Translations under genes and position numbers: made by a program
NCBI GenBank assembly: GCA_002633005.1
Contig: NMRA01000163.1
Location: 432,203 to 496,202 of the forward strand
Source: Phoronis australis
Lineage: Eukaryota > Animalia > Phoronida
Length of the DNA: 64,000 nucleotides
Reading direction: 5' to 3'
The notes under the pieces: generated by a model
Database searches by the model: none
Told to the model about the DNA's origin: nothing
What the model saw: only the letters and a program-made list of their open reading frames with translations
Shown here: piece after piece, positions 39,601-51,600 of the stretch
How the letters are laid out: each line of letters opens with the position of its first letter
How positions within the stretch are numbered: the stretch's first letter is position 1

Positions 39601-42600
39601 TAGATTAGCTAGTTGTTCGCTTATGTAGGATCTCCCATGCGCAAGGGCGCATGGTTGGTAGTGTGATTTCAGACCTGTAGAAGGACTTTGATACAGTGCC
39701 CCATCATTACCGTCTGCTCTCCAAGCCCGGGTGGCGGCAAGTTGATTGCAAGAGAAAGAGTTTGTACATTAGGAATCTCTTGCGCTGACAGGATAAACAC
39801 GCAAGCAACTAGCGAGTTGCTCGACACAGGTTTCAGGGGCGGATCCAGGATTTTGAGTTAAGGGGGGGGGGGCAGGGCAGAGTATTGGCCGGGATTTTGT
39901 CCGTCAGACTAATGGAATCTGGGAGAATTTTAGGGGGGCCATGGCCTCCTTGCCCCCCTCTAAATCCGCCACTGGGTTTGATGGCGCCGTAACGGATTGA
40001 CTTGAGCCAGTTGCTATCCATGGGATTGGCTGAACGTGTTGGTCGTATACCAACACGCCTGTTAAGCGTTCGAGTTTCAAAGCTAAAAAACGAACAATAA
40101 GTAAATCAAACGACCAATATGACTGTTTTTAAAATCAAAAAGTATACCGTAGCCGTCTTTGAATTTTTAAAATCAATGCACCTCTTATAGAAGAAATTAT
40201 GGAATAGGTTTTCTTCAGCATCGCAGCTGAGCGGCAGCTAAGCTACGGTTAGGACGGGTTAGTCACAGTCTGGCTTAGGTTCGTTTGGGGTAACAAACCC
40301 CAAATATTAGCGTAGGAGTTGTCTCATGTAACAAGAACTGAACTCGCCCGGCGCCAATCCCGCCAAGTTAGTCAAGAGCTCATCCGACAAAGACTTCACG
40401 GGTCGGATCGTCAGGTTCCACAGGCTATCAGTTCGAACCGCAATACACTGATCAAGAAATACTAGAGAGGCGCCGTGAACATGCCGCTAGGCAACGGAAC
40501 GTGTGGATAGTTCTTTGATAAGTCGGAATTCGTCAGAGAAATCACTGTCCGCAAAATGTCGGCCACAGACACGAAGATCAGTGTTTCACGGCCTCATACT
40601 TTATTAACAGCATATCTTTCATTCTTCACTACCGCGAGCCACTTCCTAAGCATTTCGGGCTCTCGAGGAAGTCGAAAAAACCATATACCCGCGTTCTTCG
40701 CAGCTTCATAGTTCGGACAAGTGGGAACAGATGCACTGCAATATAGCGGCATTTACTCTGCAGACGAACCACTGACGTCGCTGCGTCGCTTCTCACCTTC
40801 CTCACAGGTTAACGCGACACCTCTCGGCAAGGTGAGGTCGACCGTTTATGAAGCGATGTGGATATACATGTAGAACGATTAAGACGGTTAAAAAGACTAA
40901 TTAAATCGGGTGGCATTCTCCTTTAAGGGGCTATCTCGAACAAGCGCCACCTGGAGATTTTTTTCTTCTTCAATAATTACAAAATAGTTTGTATGTAATC
41001 ACAGATGTGTCAGAAACATGGCAATGAAAGCTCCTTTTACTCAATAATATAAAGGTTTCACAAAGCGACTCGTGAACGTGAATTTTTCAAGCATTAACAA
41101 TATCGCGTCACGCATGCCCTTGTTGGCTGTGATGTAATCCCGATAGTGTTTGAGTATTTTACGTGAATACACAGATTTGTAAACACGAAACCTGTGGCCC
41201 TTTTTAATTCTTATTTTGTTATACATAGAAAAGGTTTATTTATTTTGATAGAGTTCTCAACCTTTCTTCTTTGCTTCAGTATAAAATGAACACGATTCGT
41301 CAATATATGTTCTTGAAATTTAGTTGCACGAAAGCGGTTTTTCCAAAATCCTCATTCTGTCGGGGTTCGCTGAATATCAACAAACTAGAATTTTAACAGA
41401 TATGATTTTGTGATGTCAAATTTTATATTAGACTATTGCCTAAATACTTACCATTTTAATTACAAATCGTTTATAACTTTTTTATTCAGATGTTCTTAAT
41501 AATTTGAATTGCATCAATCCAACATGAAATGTGTGCACTTTAGGCCAAAACCGGGTTCGGTATCCTTTTAACAAAATAGAAAAGAATTTAGATTCATTGA
41601 CTTGACTTTTTTTAAAGGAAAATGTGTTATTTAAATATTGTGTCTAGACTAAATGAAAGAGGAGGTCGTCGCTATGTATTCAAGTGTAAATTGTCGATAT
41701 ACATTCGAAACAGTTGTATTATGCATTCTAAATACAGATGTAGAGAATGTTTATCTTTATTTTCGTTTTCATTTTAACTTTTTCCCTCAGGATTCTCATA
41801 ACTCAAACAGTCGATAAATAACTCCAAAAGAAATGAAAACTCCTGCCGTTGGTGACTAATTAAACATTTCTGAAGTCGGTGAACCAGTTGCAAATGAGCA
41901 AAACTCCGGAACAGGTATGCCTAAAACAGGAACAGAGATACACGTCATTGCAGTCTAACACCTGTTTGGCTAATTCACGTCAACATTTTTCATTAAACCT
42001 ACACTGTACCATTTTTCTGCAGTCAGTCGAAAAACCTCTCACTGAAGAATCCATGTCTTGCGCGTTTATGATATAAGTTGCAGTCGTTAAAACGCTGTTT
42101 TGAAAAGAACTGCAAGTAAAACACGTAAGTTGAAAATTTTAAAATATTCGACCTGGAGTATAAGTTTACTTTATTGGTCTTTCTTCCAGAACAGTGTGTA
42201 CCTTCTCAATTTCTAAGATTGCGATTGGCTAAAGAGTCAGCAACACTGCGCCACTTGCTAAATAATGTTACATTAGGAGAGCATACAAACATTTTTAAAA
42301 AAAATGTGCATAGAACATGAAAAGGTGACTAAATTGCATTTAATGGCGATTTCAAACCGTAGCTAGTCCAACTTCTTTGAGCGCATGCGCGCATTTTTTG
42401 CTAGGGGCAGAGAATGGATGAAAAATTTTTTATTTCGTCTGAATTTCAGTTATAGTGAATCTGACGATTTTTCTAAAAGTTTTTGTAATATTCAAGGCGA
42501 TTAACTCTCACGTTAGCATCCCCAAGAAATAGATTCGCCACGATATGTTTAAGATATATTTTTACGATTTTTCGTGTCCCATGCTTCTTTCAAGTGGGAG

Positions 42601-45600
42601 CTTTCACATATCAAATGCTTGAAGACACAGTCATACAGGATGGTCACAGGATGAATACACTGGAGCTACATGTAAGCCAATCGCCGATACCTACAACGGA
42701 TGCCGACTTTTAATGCAAATGCAATTGAACTGGCATGCCAGCTGTAGGCATGAGTGTCGACTGTGTGTTTTTAACGTTAAAATCCATGGATCCAACTATT
42801 GCGTCTTGGTGCCCGGTATTGTCCACTAACAGCACGGCTTTGCACATTCAGTGTTTTGCATGAGTGTCATACAAACGTATTTTTATCACGGAGAATTAAA
42901 CTGAAACAACATCAGTTACTGGATGTAATTATTTGCAACGAAAGTGAGTAATAATTACTCGCAGTCCTTCTAAAGAATTGACACCTCGACTTGACGATGG
43001 TTTCATTCAACTTCACGAGAAGTGCGGATATAATTTACAATAACTGTAATGAAGTTGTCGAGTGCTGTCACGTCAGCAGTTCCTAAGAGGATCAAGTCAT
43101 GCCTTTCACCAGCATTACGCATATCGCACAGATAAGATGCTCAGCCGATGTAGAGAACATATTTTCAGAAGTTGTTCGGTTGGCGATTAGCGCGGTCTCA
43201 AAGTTGAAGCTGGAATCAACAATAGTGACATCCGGCACACGACCGTCGAACGTGTAGGCACCCGGCTTGCGTCGAGGTGTTAGCTGCTATTGTGTGACTT
43301 GATATTTTTGCGCAGAAACGTCCTGTGAGAATGCAGACTTGTCCCAAACTTTGTATCACTGCAAAATAGTAGCACCTAAGTGGATGCCTTTTTTCTTTCC
43401 ACAGGAAAGCTTGACGCTCGTGAACATGGTGTCAACTTAAGTGGGTACTTTTGCTCACTCAGGTGTCGTCTAGGGTGGGTATTGTGTCCCCAGGTATCGT
43501 CGGGTGGGTATTTTGCCCTGTCATGTACCGTCTTGGGTGGGTCTTTCGACTTACTGGTTTCGTCTCGAAGAGGAAACGATAGAATTGGCATTGTCTCATA
43601 TACCCATTTTCCCCGCGGTCCTACGTGCTCAGGTAGTGGATTGTTGGTGAGGATATTGAATGTCTGTGTAGCACCACCTCCTACTCGTAACGTGAAAGAG
43701 ACCGCCCCGGAAGCACCATGCATAACCAGAGCACTAGGGAGTCGTCTCCTGGTCTCTTCATTCAAGATCCCGTGTAAATGACACGTTCTCCCCCAAAGCA
43801 GTTGTCCAGCCTGCACTTATATGTATGAATGGAGCATTCGGATATCCACTGAAACAGGCTCGAATTTTGCCACTCTTAAACATGCAGGTAGGACCCTAAG
43901 CCCGGCGGACTCTTTATCTCTTTCTTGCTACACCAGCGCTAATTTTACATTGGAATATTAATCCCGCAACCATTACAAGGACGGTCTCTTAACTCTAGAC
44001 ATTTTCAAGTCCGTGCGCTTAAATCGAACGAAATGATATCCAGCCACAATATACAGAGCAAGCAACCCTGTAACATCCTGTGATGCCCGACCAAAATTTT
44101 TGCGCCATAGTTTGGCGTCATCTGTTATTGTTCCTACGAGATATTTGCCTCACTCTCACGGGATATTATCTCGTTTTCCCGAGATTTCTTGTTTCCGTGG
44201 CAAGCTGCCAACAAGATAAGGTGGCACTGAACATTTAGGCTGCGGCCGCGGCCAATTTGAAATATTAAAATTTTGGGGTCTAGGCCAAGTTTGGGGGCAT
44301 TTTGTCAGTAGGCACTGCATGTAGGCTCAGTGAATGTGATTTGCTTGTATTTGTGAATATGATGAGAATGAAAAAGGGCCACTTTCTCGGCTGTAGCTGC
44401 ACTCTTCTTCAAGATGGTGGCCCCCTGTTGCAATTGTGAATTGCTGTGTAGCAACTGAGAAATTGGCCGACAGGTAGCCCTCAAACAAGCCAGATTTGCA
44501 AAAAAAAACTAGTTGGTTGACAATACTTTTGGATTACATTTTTGGAATCGGTAGCAAATTTGCTTTCGGAATCTAATGTTGGCTTTAGTCGAGCATCGGC
44601 AGGGAAGTGGTGGTTTTGGTGTGAAAAGTTCCGATTTTGCATTTTTTTTGCCCTTATTTTTCTTAGTCTGACTTGGTTTCCACTGGGAGTGAAAGGGTCA
44701 AAAATACAAGAGATAATAAAGTTTCTGTGCTCATCTGTAGGGCTTGTGATGTGAAATGACTCAAAACTTTTCTTTATTTGTCTGCAGTTTTTGACAGAGT
44801 GAAGAAAGGGTGAAGAGTCCATTGACGTGTGTTCTGACAGACAAACCCCTGTGAGAACTGTTCAGTGCCTCCTAAGACAAATTTCAACCTTTTTCATGGA
44901 CTTTCGACGCGTTATTACAGGGTGCACATAAACACGGGTTTTCAGAACAATGGAATTTATTGAAATTGACACGAGGTGGCGCTGTGACGGTCATTTTTCA
45001 AAACAAATCTCTGTACAGACCTTATCATAAATCTGTCGCACCTAGATGGATTTTTGTGAAACTTGGTATGTGGATAGTCTGATACTAGAATGACATTTTC
45101 GAATTTTCGATTCCCGAAATCTAACCCAGAGACGGTTGGAAAGATATGCCTCTGATCTGATGTGACAACAGTATCTCGCTACACCTTACCGCTCTCGAGT
45201 TATTCCAGTTTTTTGAAGACTGCATGCTCTGGCGTCATCGACGGATTTTTCCGATACTTGGTCTGTGGTTATACCTTTCTCAAAGCTACAAGAAAGGCAT
45301 AATCAATTTCTCATACGACTTAGTGTTTTACAATTTTTTGACATTTACTAGTCACTAATTAAGTTACGACGGCGGTTATACGATGGCAGGCTTGTACATG
45401 TTGCCCCAGTGTTCATGTACAACCGGGCTCTAGATGTTCTTTGTCATTTCAGTAATGTGCACCATCATTTCGTTCGACTGAAATGAAACTTCCACACAAT
45501 ATTTGACATATTATCTGGTACATGTAAATATTTGCATTCTAGATGTAACGGACGTAGTGACGGTCATTTCGCAAGCTCCAATGCTCTTAAGTATTAACTA

Positions 45601-48600
45601 TGCATTCAGTTTTTGTTATTATAGCGTTAAATAACTTGCGACATCAAAAATTTCAAAATAACGTCACACTGAACATAAGAATATTGGGCATAAGCCCAAA
45701 AGGAGACTATATGTGACTTAATTCGCAGTAAAACGACAAATTTGAGATTTAAAAAAAAGAAACGTCTCCTTTTAGTTTATTCACACGAATTGAACTCCTT
45801 TCACTCTAAAAGAAATTACCCGTCACATCGTCACATGTGTTCAATTTTAGAACTCACACAGTGCACAAATGAAAATCATGGTGTTCTGAGAGTAGAACAT
45901 CAAATGTTCATCTTCGGAAATGCAAGTGTTCTAAAGATCGCTTGTATGCATTAGGGTACTAAGAAGTTTCGGGAGGGGAGTTTGGAGAGCATATTTTAAA
46001 AATGCATTTATTTTCTTGTTAAGACTGTTTATGATGAAGAACTGAGCAGCATTTTTACATATATTTATTTTAATATTTTTTCGAAGTTCTAAAATGTTCC
46101 TCATGACGAAGAAGAGGAAACCTAAATCGAAAATTACAGTCTGCAATTTCAACACGAAGAACATCAGTGTCAAAGAAGCGGAATAATCGTAAAATTTATG
46201 ATGATGCCTCACAGTCCCCGTGCAATCATATCAGTCTGTTGTCTCATAATGGGAATTCTGAACACATTATGCTCTGACAGGACCGATCATCGCAGAACAC
46301 TGCGCGTTCAACAACACTCAACGCTCTACAAAGCGCATGCTCTTGCGTTTACCGCCAAAACGTTTTCTTGTTATCCGCCCTCCATCGTCTGCCGGCGCGT
46401 TCACAAGCACATGAGTCTTTTCTGAATCCTATACCTCCGTTTGCTGAGTGGGTTTGGCGTTTTTGCATTTAGGCTACATATTAGAGGTATGCATTGTAAA
46501 TGGTGGTTTTACTTGTTTTGATTGACTTGATTTAGTTTTTTTCAAATTTCGGCATTGTCACATCATGACGATCCGGTTGCATGTGCATTGGCCTCTTTTA
46601 CTTTAACATTAACACTGCAAATGCTTTCAATCTTCCATTATAGGATCACCAGTGTGACTACTTCAACGTTGTAGTCGCACAAGTAAAGCATTTGTGAAAT
46701 TAATTCAACTGAAAGTGAAAGCAAATTGTATTGAATTTGGAATATTTTTTACAAAACTTGCAATAAAGAGGTGATGTTTCTCTGCTTCTCCTTCAATCAT
46801 CAGTAAGATGACATCTTCACAGCATGTTTCAGCCTTTACCTGCTTATAATAATGATATCACTAGCACGCTAATATTAAAATTGAGTCTGCCTCTCTCTGG
46901 CTCTTCCTAAATTTTCCATTGGTTATCAAAGATGTCATTGACTTTCTGGATGACCAACTCCGAATGCTGACAGCATTTCAGTACCTGGAGAAACCTATCA
47001 AATTTTACCAAGATGGGAAACACCATAGTCAAAATCGATAGTGGTTGAGCACAAATTAAGTGATTGCTAAGAGCTTCAAAAATCTTTATACCTGTGAATT
47101 ATCCCCGAATCACGATAACACATGTATTGCGGTTGGATGGAGTTCATAGAATCATTTTTGTTTGATCTAACCACATGTGCACACATTTTGATGCTTGCTT
47201 CTAAATGTGAAGCTGCGCCTGTATTTGAATGCTTGAACTTGTGAACAAAAATTATATTTTTAAAAAAATACTGGGCATGTTTCCCCATTGATGAACAGGG
47301 ACTTAATAAAACTTTAAATCATGAGTGGTCGTCTGCACAATGCTAGTCGTTTAATTATCAAGAAACTGTTTATGAGCCCTTGTCGAGGGCAAGACTTGAC
47401 CCTATATTCCTGGATAAGGCATTTGCCTATACCCGAATTAAAGAACACGCACCTAATTTGCAAAAAAAAGTGAGCGAAAATTAAAGAAAAATATCACTAC
47501 TTATCCCTTTAAAACTGAAGAGACAGTGTGGCTCAGTAGACTGAGCTCCGGAATCCAGTTTGAGAGACCCGGGTTGAAATCTTGGCTTTATTGACAGACG
47601 ACCGATCATTGCACAAGGCGTCTCCTACTCCTCTGAGCTCGGTCTTACTAGTGAGTGAATAAATGTATGTAAGGAAAATGAATGAGAACCACTTCGGAAT
47701 ACTCGACTTCCAGTGTGAAGTGTAAAAATGAGAAGAAGAATGATGATTGTTTTCGGACATACCTGATGATGAGATCAGCGAATATCTTAGAACAAAGGCA
47801 AACGATGCTCAAAATACAATATTGTTTATGCATGCAGATAATGCCACAGAGTGCACACACTTTAAGGTGGACAAAGGAGGTCTTCTTGCTGCTGTATTTT
47901 TGCCTATTGGCTATATACTATGTACTTGGCTTAGCATACCCTCGAGTGTTGTCCAACATCCTGGCCATCCTCCACCAGATTTTAATCAAAGAGCCTTATA
48001 GAGAGAAATGGGGTAAACGTTTTAAAGTTGTGTGCCGCGATCTGATGATAGTAAGAACTTACTGGTTGTCAAACAGAAGTATTTCTTGACTGTGTATTTA
48101 TGTGGCACGAAGTGATATACTTCTCAGTATTTTATGGCTTGTTTAAAAAGTTGACACAAATGAGATCCAAAGCGTCATCATCATTAATTGGTGTCCATCA
48201 TGCCTATCAGCATAAAAATAAAGGGCATACTGTCAGCATAGAAAGACCTTTTTATGTTTAGTCCACGAAATAGTTGCTTGACATCCTAATGGTCCTGGCA
48301 TGCATAGTGTGTATATTCGATTTGAGGTAAAAAAAATCTTTGCTTATCAAAATGGGTAAATCTAAATTATAAACACCACCATTAGAACACTAAATGTTCA
48401 AAAACTCTGGTAGAACACCATAATAGTGTTTTTAAGTGTAACATGCGTCACATGTGTCACACGCGTTCTGCTGTGAACACTTTGTGGCACTTGTGTTCTA
48501 TTTTGAACACTAATTTTGCATTCTGCAGTGTGTTCCGTCTAGAACAGCAGGAGTTCCCAAAATTAAGACACGTGGTGTGCTGTGCTTTTAGATCACTATG

Positions 48601-51600
48601 TATTTAGAGAGTGTAACATTAATGTGTTCTATTTTGTGTTCGAAAGCAGTACACTCGTGTTTAGAGTGCAGCACCATAACATAACCGCATCTACTAAAAT
48701 GCAGATTCGGAGTTTGCTCGCCTTTGAAAAGGTAAAATTGTGCATTCTTATGTGAGGCTGTTTGAGATGAAACAAGGTCTCATTAGAGAGGTATCGATCA
48801 TACGAGAGTTAACTAAGCAAGGCATACGTGTTAAACGTGATGATGGGATATTGGTGAATTACCGTAATTTTCATAAAATACAGTACAACATATACACTGC
48901 ATAGCAAAGTGGGGGTCACCGAATTAGTTCTTCCGTTAACCCACCTAAACAGGAGCACCTCCGGCCAAAATGTAAAATTTTTATGGGTTACTGAAAAACC
49001 ACATCTAATTAAATTAATGATTGAAATCCCTTTTAAACGGATGTTTCGTTGCCTGATGTTAGTTTTATACCTCGATGGCTAAGGCCGGTTAACCAATTTT
49101 CTTACGTGAGGAAACACTTTTTCTCGATTCTGAATACCTCGGGTATAAGTGTTTTTAGATTATCCATAAAAATTAACACGGTTAATATATTTTCCTCAGA
49201 TTTATTTTATCTTGATACCTTTGCCATTTGTGATGACATCGTAAAGATTTAGGGGATTGCTGACGTTTTGAGCAAATATGCGGAATGGTGATACGCCAGA
49301 CTCGTCCACTGTATTTAGAGTCAGACGTTCATCAACTTTTTAATTGATTTAGCCCTATGATATATTGCTGGGGTGGTAACATTGCCTGAATATTTATGAT
49401 CCGTTGTCTCACTGCAGTTTTCATCCTTCATTGCCTTCTTATCATTTTTCTTCTTTTTTTCCCTTTTCTTGCACGGTCCATATGTTAAAAAGGCAGGAAA
49501 CGCGAAAACTCGTCAAAAATGTCTTTTTAAACAATTCTTGACGAAATTGTCGTCTCGCAACGTCTAGTACAGAGTAATTCATTTCCCCTGTGAGGAAAGT
49601 TTCCAGAAAAAATCACAAAATTCGACTAGGGTAGGTCACGACCATAAAAAACAGCAAAGAAAAGTGACTGTTACAGTGAGAACCTGGAGATTTTAATGGA
49701 GTGTTACTTTTTCACTGACTTTATGATATTAGAAAGTAAGCATGCGCATCATTCCGTTGCATTCAGCACCTTTTTATCGGTCATGTTGGGATGAAGCGCT
49801 TTATCCCGTCACAGTTCTTTTAATAGAAGTAGCGCTAAGGTTTTTGTTTATGCAACTAGGTCCATGCTCATAACTTCGCTAGTCCTGGTATACATGTAGG
49901 TGTGTCAAGCTATTGCAACTTATCTGCAGTCCGCACAGCCAGGTTTCCACGCTGTTGCCATAGCGACGATACTTCTTGTACAGTGACACGGATTCTGACT
50001 ACCAAACATCTAAAGTATCGTCTTATTGTGTAAATGCGTTTCCCGAAGAACTCACACCGTCTACACAGTTCACACACAAAACTGCAACTAGTGCTTTCCT
50101 GAAACAAAGGTTCACCGAGATCTGTCCTCACTAGAAACATGTACATGTATGGTGTATGGTTCCGTCCAATTACGCAATACGCACTCTCTCGTAACATTGC
50201 AAAAAGGTGCGAGGACATAAACCATTGAAGAACGATCAACTTCGAGCTGTCTTACAGAATAAGAAAATTATGTAACCTCATATAGAGATCGAGTGGTAAT
50301 ATTTGGGGATATTGGAAAAATAGGCTGCTACAAAAAAAAGTTCGATGTTTGAATCATATGCCGGTGTAGCATGCGCACACTAAACGTATGAGGAATGCAA
50401 ACGAGGAAAGTAAAAACTCAATGAAACCGTGCGTTGTTTCTGATTTATTATTTTATTTTTATTTTTATTTTTATTCAGCATAGTTTCGTCTAAATATAAC
50501 ACTTAATTTATTCTTCACTCTTTGAAATTTTTCACATACTACTAACTTTGGGAAGCCAAAACAGCACTGCATGCTCTGAACTATGGAAGTTCATTAAGAC
50601 ACGTTTTAGTGAAATGATATCAACATGACATTCCCCGTCAAAGTATGTTTAAGTTTTCAATTTCTAAAAAACTCACTTCGACTACCAGTTTTGCACTTTT
50701 TAAGCTGCAACCTCAACAAGTGTATCAAAGTACATGTAAGCGTCTCTAGGGGTTGTTTTGGGAACTAATTATTTGCGTAACCCCTGGCCTGTACATGTAT
50801 ACCATTACTCATTAGCATGCGGCAATTTTTATTAATTTTTATAACGGAGGCAATTCCCACATATGATAATCGGCACATAATGTAACAATGTATACATGTA
50901 CATGGCTTATTTAACTTTAAATGTGAATAAACTACGGTAAACAAAGAGCAGATACGAGGTCGTTTTCAAACAATCCAACTATACACCGATATTAAGAATG
51001 CTTACCCTAAATTCCCTAAAGGTCTTGATAAATGTTTTTTTTTTTTTGCTTTATGGGTATAGAAAATTTCATACCAGTAACAACATGGCTCTATTATGAA
51101 ACGATGTTAAACTGCTATTTAATAGCGGAATTGTTGCTTAAACTGACACAGGTTAGTTCTTAATTGATAAAGTGTCTGATTTGTTCTCCATATCTGCATA
51201 ACACATAATCACTCTTGGTCATTATCGGCAAAATAATGTACAGACGTATAATACATTCAATTATTAATATTGATATATTTATCTAGTTTTACGTTTATAC
51301 TCAATTTTGTACGTACAATATCACTGATTCTTGTTCCATTTGTTTGTGTTTTAGATGTACATGTATACGTATACATATATAATACTTTCTAGAGCTCTCT
51401 GGGCTTAATTCTTATTATTGAACATTGCATTTTTCGTCATAAACATTATAGAATTTGTTAAGTGCACGACACTTTTCATTGTTCAGTTTTTATACCGTTA
51501 CGTTCGTACTTTCGGAACAAAACTCTACTCTCAACTGATCATAGATACAGTAACTGACCTAGCGACATACATGTAATTAAAAGACACACGATATTTCGAA

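Noticed and set aside
43376-43816. Overlapping 146-aa and 133-aa ORFs on opposite strands
   Set aside because: No recognisable motif and no convincing in-frame splice acceptor; probably chance or an unrecognised repeat.
49219-49308. 90-nt phase 1-1 open segment with AG/GT ends as candidate exon 2
   Set aside because: No family similarity and no Cys; the real exon 2 is at 32721-32822.
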